A stretch of 36,995 nt of DNA from Desulfobulbaceae bacterium (GTDB lineage Bacteria > Desulfobacterota > Desulfobulbia > Desulfobulbales > Desulfocapsaceae), in NCBI GenBank assembly GCA_031390685.1, contig JANMTN010000326.1:1-36995 (forward strand), in the 5' to 3' direction. The notes below the pieces were generated by a model, which had not been told where the DNA came from, did no database searches, and saw nothing but the letters and a program-made list of their open reading frames with translations. The position numbers were made by a program, and so were the translations under genes. Positions 1-9,315 of this stretch are shown piece by piece; position 1 is the stretch's first letter; each line of letters opens with the position of its first letter.

Positions 1-1
1 C

Positions 2-700
2 CGGGTCCAAGACCGATATCCACGCGAGGCCTTTGCCTGCGGCCTGAGGGTCCTCGGCGAGGGTCAGCTCTCCCTGACCAAATTTCTCATCATCACCGAT
101 GGCGATATTGATATCACCGATTTCCGTAAACTGTGGCTTCATGTCCTGGAACGAATTGAGTGGGACCGCGACCTTTTTGTCTTTGCCAATGTCTCCCAGG
201 ATACCCTTGATTACACCGGGCCATCGGTCAACAAGGGATCCAAGGCCATGATGATGGGACTGGGAAAAGAGAAAAAACGGGAACTGCCCGGCTCATTTTC
301 AGGCACGCTTCCCCCCACCTGCGTGCGTCCAGTCGTCTTCATGCCCGGAACTCTGGTTATACAAGGAAGCATTTATCAAGAGGAACCAGAACTAGCGGCA
401 CAGCTTTGCCAATGGGAAGGAGTAGCGAGCTGGCCCGTCATCATTCTCGTTGATAACAGTTTGGCGGCCACCTGCTCCATGCAGGAATTCCTCTGGACCC
501 TGTTCACCCGTTTTGAACCGGCCGCCGATATCCATGGCGCGGCCACCACCATGCAGCGATTCCATGTTGGTCTGACCCCGCCCATCGTCTTTGACTGCCG
601 ACTGAAACCCTGGTACACCGACGTACTCGAAGTCGATGAGGCCACCAAAACACTGGTCGACCAACGCATTCACAGCCTGTTGCCCCCAAACCTCCGATGA
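2..700 (+). CDS. UbiD-family (de)carboxylase, C-terminal fragment (5' end outside window)
   Basis: The frame is open from the window edge to TGA at 698-700. The translation ...LTKFLIITDGDIDITDF...DTLDYTGPSVNKGSKAMMMGLG... resembles the conserved C-terminal half of UbiD-type decarboxylases. There is a 4-nt ATGA overlap with the next gene. Confidence 0.7.
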   Translation, partial: RVQDRYPREAFACGLRVLGEGQLSLTKFLIITDGDIDITDFRKLWLHVLERIEWDRDLFVFANVSQDTLDYTGPSVNKGSKAMMMGLGKEKKRELPGSFSGTLPPTCVRPVVFMPGTLVIQGSIYQEEPELAAQLCQWEGVASWPVIILVDNSLAATCSMQEFLWTLFTRFEPAADIHGAATTMQRFHVGLTPPIVFDCRLKPWYTDVLEVDEATKTLVDQRIHSLLPPNLR

Positions 701-1440
701 GCGAAACAGTGCGTTTACAAAAGTACCTTGCCGGGTGTGGCATTGCCTCCAGACGAAAGGCAGAAGAGATAATAACTCAGGGAAGAATAACAGTAGATGG
801 CGAGGTGGTAACCGCCATGGGAGTGCAGATCAACCCGGCCAGGCAGGAGATATGTCTGGACGGCAAGATTGTCACCCCCCATGACGATTTCCTTTATGTC
901 CTGCTCAACAAGCCGCAGGGCTATGTGACCACCCTGTCAGATCCCCAGGGCCGTCCCATTGTCACCTCCCTGCTCCATGGCATCAATACCCGTCTGTTCC
1001 CGGTTGGACGACTGGACCTGGATACCGAAGGAGCCCTGATCCTCACCAACGATGGGGATCTGGCCCAAAAAATTCAACACCCCAGTCATGAAGTCACAAA
1101 AACCTATGAGACGCAGGTATTAGGCCTACCATCAGAAAAAATACTCCAGAAACTGGAGCATGGCATACTCCTGGAAGGGAAAAAGACGGCCCCGGCCAAG
1201 GTTATAATTATCACCAGGAAAACCGGGACAACCACTATCAGAATCACCATCCATGAAGGGAGAAAACGTCAGGTAAGAAAGATGTTTCAGGCCATTGGCC
1301 ATCCTGTTTTCCACCTGAAACGCATTGCCTATGGCCACCTCTTTCTCCAGGGACTCTTAACCGGAAAATATCGTATTCTCACCCCGGAAGATCTTAAAAA
1401 AATCTTTATCAAAAAAATCCCTTTACAAAGCAACAAATAG
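697..1440 (+). CDS. RsuA/RluB-family pseudouridine synthase with N-terminal S4 domain
   Basis: 247 aa. S4-like N-terminus (RLQKYLAGCGIASRRKAEEII..GRITVDG). LNKPQGYVTT and catalytic-Asp motif VGRLDLDTEGALILTNDGDL. Confidence 0.85.
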   Translation: MSETVRLQKYLAGCGIASRRKAEEIITQGRITVDGEVVTAMGVQINPARQEICLDGKIVTPHDDFLYVLLNKPQGYVTTLSDPQGRPIVTSLLHGINTRLFPVGRLDLDTEGALILTNDGDLAQKIQHPSHEVTKTYETQVLGLPSEKILQKLEHGILLEGKKTAPAKVIIITRKTGTTTIRITIHEGRKRQVRKMFQAIGHPVFHLKRIAYGHLFLQGLLTGKYRILTPEDLKKIFIKKIPLQSNK

Positions 1441-1463
1441 TTGATTAAACTTAAACAGTTAAA

Positions 1464-1576
1464 GATTAAGGAGTCGTTACGAAACAATCATTACCTTCAC
1501 AGGCCATGGATGGACGTCCCGACTGCCCTTGAGATATGAAGAGCGATCTAACCATTTCATTACAGCTCTTTATGCC
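1464..1576 (+). repeat. Intergenic repeat family, copy C (rearranged, with a ~45-nt insertion)
   Basis: GATTAAGGAGTCGTTACGAAACAATCATTACCTTCA ... TAACCATTTCATTACAGCTCTTTATGC aligns with copy A (27562-27692): GATTAGGAACCGTTACGAAAGAACCATTCCATTCCTGA CCATTTCGTCACAGCTCCCTACGC. Confidence 0.55.
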
Positions 1577-1639
1577 GATCACTTATTACTAAACAACAGC
1601 TAAACCATCTTGCAGGGATAAAATAAAGTTTTGTCACTC

Positions 1640-1688
1640 GTCTTTTCAAGGGTGAAGCTGCAAATAACCCTGAAAAGACAGTATTTTT
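1640..1688 (+). terminator. Rho-independent terminator-like hairpin in the rluB-ihfB spacer
   Basis: 13-bp stem with one bulge (GTCTTTTCAaGGGT / ACCCTGAAAAGAC), 13-nt loop, TTTTT run 4 nt downstream. It lies 200 nt after the pseudouridine synthase stop and 70 nt before the ihfB start. Confidence 0.45.
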
Positions 1689-1757
1689 GTGCGGCTATCA
1701 ACCTTTCACTCCAAACTTTTTCACAACACGACAACACCGCATTCACAGGAGTAAGAC

Positions 1758-2045
1758 ATGAACAAATCAGAACTTATTGAAGCCCTGGCCCAAGAGGTTG
1801 ATCTTCCTCATCGCGAGGCGGCAGCAGTCACCAATACTATTATCGAAACGATGATTGCGGCCCTGGCTAAAGGAGACAATATTGAGATTCGCGGCTTCGG
1901 CAGTTTTGTGATCAAGCATTACCGCTCGTATGAAGGACGCAATCCGAAAAGCGGCAAAAAGATAGAAGTCGCCCCTAAAAAGCTCCCTTTTTTCAAGGTA
2001 GGAAAAGAATTGCGGGAACAGGTCAACTCTCACGGCAAGAAATAA
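1758..2045 (+). CDS. ihfB: Integration host factor beta subunit / HU-family DNA-binding protein
   Basis: 95 aa. MNKSELIEALA..., IEIRGFGSF, GRNPKSGKKIEV, PFFKVGKELREQVN closely parallel E. coli IHF-beta. AGGAG RBS at 1747-1751. Confidence 0.75.
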   Translation: MNKSELIEALAQEVDLPHREAAAVTNTIIETMIAALAKGDNIEIRGFGSFVIKHYRSYEGRNPKSGKKIEVAPKKLPFFKVGKELREQVNSHGKK

Positions 2046-2095
2046 TCAGGGGGCAAACAAGGGCTCTTGACCTATACCCCTGCCTCAAGAAACCA

Positions 2096-3427
2096 TCAAT
2101 TCACAATTTCTCCAACCAGATCATAGGTTTGAGCTTCGTTCATACGAACTTGAACGATATCTCCAGGATTAGCGCTGCCATCAGTGATATAAACACAGCC
2201 ATCAATATCAGGCGCCTGAAAGCGGGTACGTCCCTCCAGCAGCAGATCTGTTTCCCGACTCACCCCTTCCACCAGCACCGCTTCCACTCGCCCCACATAT
2301 TTCTGTAAATTTTTTTCTGACACCTCTGCCTGCACCCCGAGAATAAAATCAAGACGATCATTCTTTTCTGTCTCAGAACATTGGTGCGCAAAATATTCTG
2401 ATGGACACCCAGCTTCATTGGCATAGGCAAAGACACCGACATGGTCAAGTCGAGCCTCCCTTAAAAATTGTTCAAGCTGCCTCACGTCATCATCAGTTTC
2501 ACCTGGAAACCCGACCATCAGGGTAGAACGCAAGGCCACATTGGGGAGGTACGACCGGATGCGGGCAATCAGTTGATACAGGTCATCACTTGCATAGTGA
2601 CGGTTCATACGCCTGAGAACCGTATCGCTGACATGCTGAAAGGGGATATCCATATAGGGAACAATTCGCGGCTGCTCGGCCATCAAGGAAAGCAGCGCAT
2701 CGTCAACCCCAGAAGGATACAGATACATAAGCCGGATCCATGGGATGGTGCTCTCGGCCAGAAGAGCCTTGAGCAAGGCGACGAGATGAATGGATTCTCC
2801 CAGGTCATCTCCGTAGGCCGTAAGATCCTGGGCGATAAGTGAAAGTTCCCGTACACCCTGCTGTTCCAGGTATGCAGCCTCCTTGACAAGATCAGCCGGG
2901 GTTCTGCTCCGCAACTCACCCCTGATTGATGGAATCATACAATAAGAACAGCGGTTATTACACCCCTCAGTGATCTTCAACCAGGATCGATAAAAAGGGG
3001 TGGAAATACGGCGGGGCATGGTGCTATCCATCAGGAATCGTTCGGGGACATACACCTTGCTCTTCAACGTTCCCGCCATCACAGCTTCCACCAGTGGCGC
3101 TATTTGATGAAAGCCGTCAGTCCCAATAAAAAGATCAACCTCTGAGAGTTCAGCAAGAAGATCCTCTTGGTATCGTTGCACCATACAGCCTGTAACTACC
3201 AGTAATCTATCTGGATCTTCCTTTTTATAAAGGGATAGCTCCAGGATTTCATCAATAGCCTCTTCCACTGCCGACTGGATAAATCCACAGGTATTGACAA
3301 GCAGCATCGACGCCTGTGCCGGATCTTCTTCAAACACCCAGCCTGCTTGCTCAAGAAGCCCGAACATCAGCTCTGAATCCACCAGATTTTTAGGACAACC
3401 AAGACTAATTAAGTGAAAACTTGCCAT
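2096..3427 (-). CDS. rimO: Ribosomal protein S12 methylthiotransferase RimO (MiaB-family radical SAM)
   Basis: 443 aa. N-terminal HLISLGCPKNLVDSE typical of RimO, radical-SAM CNNRCSYC, C-terminal TRAM-like domain. Confidence 0.85.
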   Translation of the reverse strand: MASFHLISLGCPKNLVDSELMFGLLEQAGWVFEEDPAQASMLLVNTCGFIQSAVEEAIDEILELSLYKKEDPDRLLVVTGCMVQRYQEDLLAELSEVDLFIGTDGFHQIAPLVEAVMAGTLKSKVYVPERFLMDSTMPRRISTPFYRSWLKITEGCNNRCSYCMIPSIRGELRSRTPADLVKEAAYLEQQGVRELSLIAQDLTAYGDDLGESIHLVALLKALLAESTIPWIRLMYLYPSGVDDALLSLMAEQPRIVPYMDIPFQHVSDTVLRRMNRHYASDDLYQLIARIRSYLPNVALRSTLMVGFPGETDDDVRQLEQFLREARLDHVGVFAYANEAGCPSEYFAHQCSETEKNDRLDFILGVQAEVSEKNLQKYVGRVEAVLVEGVSRETDLLLEGRTRFQAPDIDGCVYITDGSANPGDIVQVRMNEAQTYDLVGEIVN

Positions 3428-3434
3428 ATTTTTT

Positions 3435-3481
3435 TTCCTATTTCCTAATTCCTATTACATTTCCTATTTCCTATTTCCTAT
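3435..3481. repeat. Imperfect tandem heptamer (TTCCTAW)x3 - TACAT - (TTCCTAT)x3
   Basis: Read directly. On the minus strand it is (ATAGGAA)n. It spans the last codons and stop of the phosphorylase gene and the whole spacer and RBS region upstream of rimO. Confidence 0.9.
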
Positions 3482-4207
3482 TACCATGGCCCGCAGCAGC
3501 AACTCCGACAACTCCTGACTCCGCAGGCAAAATGCAGGAGTTGCAAATCCAGGTTTCCACTGTTTCTGCCATAGCTCATCAGAAACAAGCATACAGGCGG
3601 CAAATTCAATTCCCCGAAAGTGGGCAACTGTACAAAGAGCTGAATACTCCATATCAATGGCAGCGATATCCTGTTCCTGGCACAAACGCGCAAGCAGTTC
3701 CCGCGATTCACGGTAAGGGGCATCTGTTGACCAGACCTTTCCTTCTTGCCATACAATCCCACTCTGATCCAGGGTCTCGCGTAACCAGGCAAGCAAGTCC
3801 GCAGAGGGTCTCGGTTCATGATTACTGCTATAATACCGGGACGTCCCCTCTCCACTTAATGCCTGCCCCGGTAGCAACACATTCCCGACCTCTAAAATCT
3901 GCTGCAAGGCGCCACACCACCCGACAAGGATAATACGCCTAGCCCCGAGGACAATCAATTTTTCCATACACAAGACCGCCATGGGTGACCCCACCGCCGG
4001 CCCAGCCACAAAAAAGGTCTCTTCATCATGCACGCAAAGCGTACTGTTAAAAAGAAATCTTTTTTTACCGCCCTCTGTGACCATCCTGTTAACAGCAAAG
4101 GAAGCCTCAGTTGGATTCACAAAAAACAACCCTGACTCAGGAAGCCCTTTTTCCCTCCTGGCCCGTACCGGATGCATGACCACATCTTCCCAGCTATAGT
4201 CATGCAT
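3464..4207 (-). CDS. Nucleoside phosphorylase, PNP_UDP_1 (DeoD/Udp-like) family
   Basis: 247 aa. GSPMAVLCMEKLIVLGARRIILVGWCGAL, GEGTSRYY and AAIDMEYSALCTVAHF...MLVSDEL parallel DeoD/Udp motifs. Confidence 0.7.
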   Translation of the reverse strand: MHDYSWEDVVMHPVRARREKGLPESGLFFVNPTEASFAVNRMVTEGGKKRFLFNSTLCVHDEETFFVAGPAVGSPMAVLCMEKLIVLGARRIILVGWCGALQQILEVGNVLLPGQALSGEGTSRYYSSNHEPRPSADLLAWLRETLDQSGIVWQEGKVWSTDAPYRESRELLARLCQEQDIAAIDMEYSALCTVAHFRGIEFAACMLVSDELWQKQWKPGFATPAFCLRSQELSELLLRAMVIGNRK

Positions 4208-4264
4208 AAGACAACCTTGTATAATTGTTATCTAAAAAAGAATAAAACATTAAAATACAAACGC

Positions 4265-4296
4265 AAAAAGGCCACAGATTACTCTGTGGCCTTTTT
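4265..4296 (-). terminator. Bidirectional intrinsic terminator downstream of atpE
   Basis: AAAAA-GGCCACAG-attact-CTGTGGCC-TTTTT. Perfect 8-bp GC-rich stem flanked by A- and T-runs, 36 nt after the atpE stop. Confidence 0.8.
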
Positions 4297-4331
4297 GCGA
4301 AATCAGTTACGATCACACTCTTGTGTACAGA

Positions 4332-4595
4332 CTATTTTATCAATGCGCTTGTCAATGGATTTGCAAACAAAAGGATCAGAGAGATAACAAGACCATAAAT
4401 TGCAACAGACTCAGCAAGAGCCATACCGAGGATCATGAAGGTCATCATCTTTGGCTGTACTTCAGGATTACGGGCAAGACCCTGGGTCGCGCCGTTTCCA
4501 ATATTACCAATACCAAGAGCTGCTCCCAGACCGGTAATACCGATAGAAAGCGCAGCGCCAATACACACCAAACCAATCATCAAATTACTTTCCAT
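4332..4595 (-). CDS. atpE: F0F1 ATP synthase subunit c
   Basis: 87 aa, two-helix hairpin. GATQGLARNPE loop and conserved carboxylate in MALAESVAIYGLV. AGGAG RBS. Confidence 0.9.
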   Translation of the reverse strand: MESNLMIGLVCIGAALSIGITGLGAALGIGNIGNGATQGLARNPEVQPKMMTFMILGMALAESVAIYGLVISLILLFANPLTSALIK

Positions 4596-4689
4596 AATGT
4601 TCTCCTTGTAAAAATTAAAGTTTTTTGGCCTTCTTCCTTTGTAAAATCTAAAATCCGGTTATAACCCTGAACAATTCAAGCTTATGGCA

Positions 4690-5412
4690 TCAATGAGCAT
4701 GCTCATTGGCCTGGGAAAAATAAACAACAGTCAGCAACACAAAGACCATGGCCTGCACCAGAGAAACCAGGACACCCAGAATCATGATTGGCAGGGGGGC
4801 AAAATAGGCACCTGCCAGCAGAAATAAGATACCCAAAAGAGTTTCTTTCGCCATGATATTTCCAAAAAGACGGATAGAGAGCGACAACAGACGAGCCACG
4901 TTAGCGATAATCTCAATAGGCAGCATCAGTGGAATCAGCAAGGGCAGAGGTCCGAGAAAATGCTTCAAATACGCAATGCCATTGGCACGAAAACCAATGA
5001 TATGTTGGGTTATCCAGACAATAATGGTCAAGGCAAGGGTGGTATTGATGCTTGAGGTAGGAGACATGAAACCTGGAATCAGCCCGATCAGATTGGCCAC
5101 GGCAATATACAGGGCAAAGGTGGCAATCATGGGAAACAGCTTATCAGCCAGGTCCCTTCCCATGTTTTCCGCAAGGAAGTCATCCATACCGCCAATGAGG
5201 ATCTCCCAGACATTCTGCCCTTTTCCTGGTACCATCTCCAGATTTCCAAGGGTCAATTTACCAATCACAACAAGAAAAATCATGGTAAACCAAGTATAAG
5301 TCATATACGGGGCGCACAGTTGCTCAACCAGACCATGACCAACAGGGCCATGGGGAATGGGCAGTCCTAATTTTTCCAGGATGATTGATATAAATAGTAT
5401 TGGATGTTCCAT
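4690..5412 (-). CDS. atpB: F0F1 ATP synthase subunit a
   Basis: 240 aa, polytopic. Conserved LSLSIRLFGNIMAKE (essential Arg) and LVQAMVFVLLTVVY motifs. Confidence 0.9.
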   Translation of the reverse strand: MEHPILFISIILEKLGLPIPHGPVGHGLVEQLCAPYMTYTWFTMIFLVVIGKLTLGNLEMVPGKGQNVWEILIGGMDDFLAENMGRDLADKLFPMIATFALYIAVANLIGLIPGFMSPTSSINTTLALTIIVWITQHIIGFRANGIAYLKHFLGPLPLLIPLMLPIEIIANVARLLSLSIRLFGNIMAKETLLGILFLLAGAYFAPLPIMILGVLVSLVQAMVFVLLTVVYFSQANEHAH

Positions 5413-5420
5413 AATCCCTC

Positions 5421-5843
5421 TTACCTCCTGCTGCTGATAATATGGTGTCTCGCCGCACTGACTGTCGTCAGTGTAATGCTAAACACTACCGTTGACAGCC
5501 CCACTAACAAACCAAAGATATTCACCTTACCGCTTTTTATGAGTATCAGTAAGACAAGCCCAATGACTGCCAACCGGAGCCAAAATTTAATAATATATTG
5601 TGATTTCCCGATCTTAAGAGCCTTCTTTTCTCCCTGCCCTTCCTCTGAAGGATTGAGGGACTCCATAAAGCGAGCCACATCCCGGTGGATCAACATGAAA
5701 CTGACAATGGAGATAACCCCACCGATCGCTACCGCCCAGGCAAAATCCCAGGACAAGAAAACCCAAGACCCGGCACAGAGAACCAAAAGACAAATCCAGC
5801 ACAACACCTGCGTCTTGCGCAGGAATAATAATTCATCCGACAC
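5421..5843 (-). CDS. atpI: ATP synthase protein I-like membrane protein
   Basis: 140 aa, hydrophobic, located immediately upstream of atpB. The assignment rests on position and hydrophobic profile. Confidence 0.55.
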   Translation of the reverse strand: MSDELLFLRKTQVLCWICLLVLCAGSWVFLSWDFAWAVAIGGVISIVSFMLIHRDVARFMESLNPSEEGQGEKKALKIGKSQYIIKFWLRLAVIGLVLLILIKSGKVNIFGLLVGLSTVVFSITLTTVSAARHHIISSRR

Positions 5844-5864
5844 TCTATCGCGACCGCCCAGACC

Positions 5865-6092
5865 TTAGTCTTTATCTTGCTGTTTGAGAATATCAAACAA
5901 ACTTTTAAACGCGGCGACTATCCCAAACGCAAGCCCGATAAAAGTAAACCATGGGGTCGTTCGGTCATCAAACACCTTCCGGTCAAGATAGATCCCGCCC
6001 CCCATACCGACAAAAATGGCAGCAACAAAGGTAAATCCAATATGACCATAGTTGCCCAACAGGTGGATCATCTCCTTGCTCATTTTCGACAT
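5865..6092 (-). CDS. AtpZ/AtpR-family small membrane protein (putative F0F1-associated)
   Basis: 75 aa, two TM helices, GFTFVAAIFVGMGGGIYLDRK motif, first gene of the atp module. GGTGGAG RBS. Confidence 0.55.
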   Translation of the reverse strand: MSKMSKEMIHLLGNYGHIGFTFVAAIFVGMGGGIYLDRKVFDDRTTPWFTFIGLAFGIVAAFKSLFDILKQQDKD

Positions 6093-6178
6093 CTACGTCT
6101 CCACCTTCATTCAGAGAATGACTCTTTTATAAACAATCGAATCTGTTAGCACGCCCACCTGTCAATGTCAACGGTTTT

Positions 6179-7471
6179 TTAATTTTTTGCTAATTTTTTG
6201 AATGACCATTCAGTCATTTCAAGGGCCTTTTCCAGTTGTTTTTCAGTCTGGGCCGCAGAGATAAATGCAACCTCAAACTGCGATGGGGCCAGATAAATCC
6301 CCTGAGACAGCATCTGACGATAATGCTGGCCATAACGATCGGCATCAGCCGTCATGGCAGATTCAAAATCAACCACCTTTTCAGTGGTAAAGAATCCGGT
6401 CATCAACGATCCCACCCGATTTAACTCGACAGGGATATTCGTCCGGACACTGATCTCTCTGAGACGATCGGCAAACCTGGCCGCCTTATCATTTAACTGC
6501 TTGTAAAATCCTTCTTTTTTGAGCAGTTTCAGGGTGGCAATACCAGCGGCCATGGCCAGAGGATTACCAGACAGGGTGCCAGCCTGATAGACTGGCCCGT
6601 CAGGAGCAACCTGATCCATGATGTCGGCCCGACCACCATAAGCCCCAACCGGCAATCCACCACCAATAATCTTGCCAAGACAGGTCAGATCAGGCACGAC
6701 TCCAAAATACTCCTGCGCCCCGCCATAGGCCAGCCGGAACCCGGTGATCACTTCATCAAAAATAAGAAGGATGCCAAGTTCCGCCGTGAGTGCCCGCAAC
6801 TTCTGCAAAAACCCAGGGGCCGGGGCGACACAGCCCATATTGCCGGCCACGGGCTCAACAATGACACAGGCGATATCAAGCGAGGCATCACGCAATGTCT
6901 TCTCAAGAATTTCTTCATTATTATAAGGGATGGATACGGTATTTTTAACGATCTCATCGGGCACCCCGGGACTGCCTGGGATACCAAGGGTAATCACTCC
7001 CGACCCTGCCTTGACCAGAAAAGAATCGGCATGACCGTGATAACAACCATCAAATTTCACAATCACCTTTTTCCCGGTATAGCCTCGGGCCAGACGAACC
7101 GCGCTCATGGTTGCCTCGGTACCGGAGCTGACAAAACGGACCTTTTCCACCGATGGCAGGGCATCCACCACCATGGAGGCAAGCTCTATTTCCTTTGGGG
7201 TCGGCGCCCCAAAACTCGTTCCATGCTGCATTGCGGAGGCTATGGCGGCCAAGATCTCAGGATGGGCATGTCCAAGGATCATTGGCCCCCAGGAACAGAC
7301 AAAATCTATATACTCGTTGCCATCCACATCATAAATAGATGCCCCCTGTGCCCGTTCAATAAAAACCGGATCGCACCCCACTGATCGACAGGCCCGCACC
7401 GGACTGTTAACACCGCCGGGGATAACCTTTCGTGCCTGTTGAAACATCCGCGCAGATGTGCTTGTATTCAT
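6179..7471 (-). CDS. hemL: Glutamate-1-semialdehyde 2,1-aminomutase
   Basis: 430 aa. GGVNSPVRA, class III aminotransferase fold motifs, PLP-lysine context [17 protein letters not shown]. Confidence 0.92.
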   Translation of the reverse strand: MNTSTSARMFQQARKVIPGGVNSPVRACRSVGCDPVFIERAQGASIYDVDGNEYIDFVCSWGPMILGHAHPEILAAIASAMQHGTSFGAPTPKEIELASMVVDALPSVEKVRFVSSGTEATMSAVRLARGYTGKKVIVKFDGCYHGHADSFLVKAGSGVITLGIPGSPGVPDEIVKNTVSIPYNNEEILEKTLRDASLDIACVIVEPVAGNMGCVAPAPGFLQKLRALTAELGILLIFDEVITGFRLAYGGAQEYFGVVPDLTCLGKIIGGGLPVGAYGGRADIMDQVAPDGPVYQAGTLSGNPLAMAAGIATLKLLKKEGFYKQLNDKAARFADRLREISVRTNIPVELNRVGSLMTGFFTTEKVVDFESAMTADADRYGQHYRQMLSQGIYLAPSQFEVAFISAAQTEKQLEKALEMTEWSFKKLAKN

Positions 7472-7597
7472 TTTTCAACCCCTTCGACGATTTTTTTTGA
7501 CTTTTCTATTCACTGTTCACTACTCCTGATTGCCAATCATAAACCGCATAACTATAGCACGCCATAAGAAAAACTGTCAAACTGATCCTGCCCGATA

Positions 7598-7626
7598 TTG
7601 TGAAATGCATATTCACTCGCTATACT
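7598..7626 (+). promoter_or_regulatory. Candidate sigma70-type promoter for the fumarate hydratase gene, overlapping a GTGAA-N7-TTCAC inverted repeat
   Basis: -35 TTGTGA (7598-7603), 17-nt spacer, -10 TATACT (7621-7626). The inverted repeat GTGAAatgcataTTCAC (7600-7616) resembles a CRP/FNR-family half-site pair with off-consensus spacing. Confidence 0.35.
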
Positions 7627-7710
7627 GCAACAAATGAGGATCACATATCAAGGCGTCATTCACCTTGGATGCGACACCTATCACCTCTTCTCTTTTCCAT
7701 CTTATCTACT

Positions 7711-9252
7711 ATGACCATCATCAACCCAGAAGACTTTATCAGCTCCATTGCCGATAGCCTGCAAGCCATTTCCTACGCCCATCCCCTTGATTTTATTCAA
7801 GCAATGGCTCGAGCGTATGAAAAAGAGCAGAACCGGGCTGCTAAAGACGCCATGGCCCAGATCCTGATCAACTCCCGGATGGCGGCCATGGGTCGGCGTC
7901 CTCTCTGTCAGGATACCGGTATTGTCACCGTTTTCTTGAAAGTTGGCATGCAGTGCCGATTTGATACGGAAATGAGCGTCCAGGAACTGGTGGATATAGG
8001 CGTCCGCCGGGCCTGGCTCAACCCGGAAAATCCCCTGCGCGCCTCAGTGCTCGCCGACCCCGCTGGTGCTCGTAAAAATACCGGGGACAATACACCGGCG
8101 GTGATCTATACAGAGCTTGTCCCCGGCAGCGCCATCGATATCCGCATTGCGGCCAAGGGCGGCGGTTCTGAAAACAAGAGTAAGTTCGTAACCCTGAATC
8201 CAGGCGACTCCATTGTTGACTGGGTGGTGCAGACCGTACCCACCATGGGAGCCGGCTGGTGTCCTCCTGGAATTCTGGGGATCGGCATTGGCGGGACGGT
8301 TGACCGGACCATGGTCCTGGCCAAGGAAGCGCTGATGGAACCCATCGACATCCAGGACTTGATCGAACGCGGGCCAGTTAACCGGATAGAAGAGCTGCGC
8401 CTGGAAATTTATGAGGCCGTCAATAACTTAGGGATCGGCGCCCAGGGGTTGGGCGGCCTGACCACGGTACTCGATGTCAAGATCAAGGACTGCCCCACCC
8501 ACGCGGCCTCCCTGCCGGTGGCCATAATCCCCAACTGTGCCGCCACCCGCCATATCCATTTTACCCTCAACGGCAGCGGGCCCGCACATTTTGAACCGCC
8601 ACAACTGGAAGACTGGCCTCAGATCAAATGGGAAATGGGTGCAGGGGTGAAACGGGTACAGCTTGACACCATCAGCCGCGAAGAAATCGCCGGCTGGAAG
8701 ATTGGCGAGACCCTGCTCCTGAATGGTACCATCCTCACGGGGCGGGACGCTGCCCATAGCCGTATCCAGAAGCTGCTGGCCCAGGGTGAACCACTGCCGG
8801 AAGGCGTAGATTTTAACGGCAAATTTATCTATTACGTCGGCCCGGTTGATCCGGTTGGCACGGAGGTCGTCGGCCCTGCCGGTCCCACCACGGCTACCCG
8901 CATGGATCAATATACCGAGATGATGCTGTCCCGGACCGGTTTGCTGGGCATGATCGGCAAATCAGAACGGGGGGATAGCGCTATCGAATCCATCAAAAAG
9001 CATAGGGCGGTCTATCTGATGGCTGTTGGCGGTGCGGCCTATCTGGTCTCCAAGGCGATCAAAAAAGCACGGGTGGTGGCCTTTGCCGACCTGGGCATGG
9101 AGGCCATTTACGAGTTTGAGGTGGAGAATATGCCGGTGACGGTTGCCGTGGACAGCCGGGGTGATTCCATCCACAAGGCCGGCCCGGCACTCTGGCAACA
9201 GAAGATCAGGGATTATCGAAGAGAGAAGGTGAAAGCAACTGCAGTAATTTGA
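7711..9252 (+). CDS. fumA: Class I (Fe-S) fumarate hydratase, fused alpha/beta type
   Basis: 513 aa from ATG 7711 (MTIINPEDFISSIADSLQAISY...). AKDAMAQILINSRMAA..RPLCQDTGIV and the C-terminal beta-domain are typical. The upstream 37 codons of the ORF start at GTG and look non-coding. Confidence 0.85.
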   Translation: MTIINPEDFISSIADSLQAISYAHPLDFIQAMARAYEKEQNRAAKDAMAQILINSRMAAMGRRPLCQDTGIVTVFLKVGMQCRFDTEMSVQELVDIGVRRAWLNPENPLRASVLADPAGARKNTGDNTPAVIYTELVPGSAIDIRIAAKGGGSENKSKFVTLNPGDSIVDWVVQTVPTMGAGWCPPGILGIGIGGTVDRTMVLAKEALMEPIDIQDLIERGPVNRIEELRLEIYEAVNNLGIGAQGLGGLTTVLDVKIKDCPTHAASLPVAIIPNCAATRHIHFTLNGSGPAHFEPPQLEDWPQIKWEMGAGVKRVQLDTISREEIAGWKIGETLLLNGTILTGRDAAHSRIQKLLAQGEPLPEGVDFNGKFIYYVGPVDPVGTEVVGPAGPTTATRMDQYTEMMLSRTGLLGMIGKSERGDSAIESIKKHRAVYLMAVGGAAYLVSKAIKKARVVAFADLGMEAIYEFEVENMPVTVAVDSRGDSIHKAGPALWQQKIRDYRREKVKATAVI

Positions 9253-9315
9253 ACCCTCTTTTGCACCTTACCTCCCGCGGCCCGGCCTGAGAAGCGATTA
9301 TTTATCACTCTCAGA

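Noticed and set aside
6093-6178. Tandem TTGACATTGACA as the atp-module promoter between hemL and atpZ
   Set aside because: The -35 matches are perfect, but the best-spaced -10 candidates (TAACAG, ATTCGA) are poor. No hemL terminator is seen, so read-through from hemL is equally plausible. This is too uncertain to list as a feature.
7600-7710. 37-codon N-terminal extension of the fumarate hydratase ORF (GTG start)
   Set aside because: The extension (MKCIFTRYTATNEDHISRRHSPWMRHLSPLLFSILST) does not resemble class I fumarase N-termini and covers the predicted promoter. The homologous N-terminus begins at MTIINPEDF (ATG 7711).
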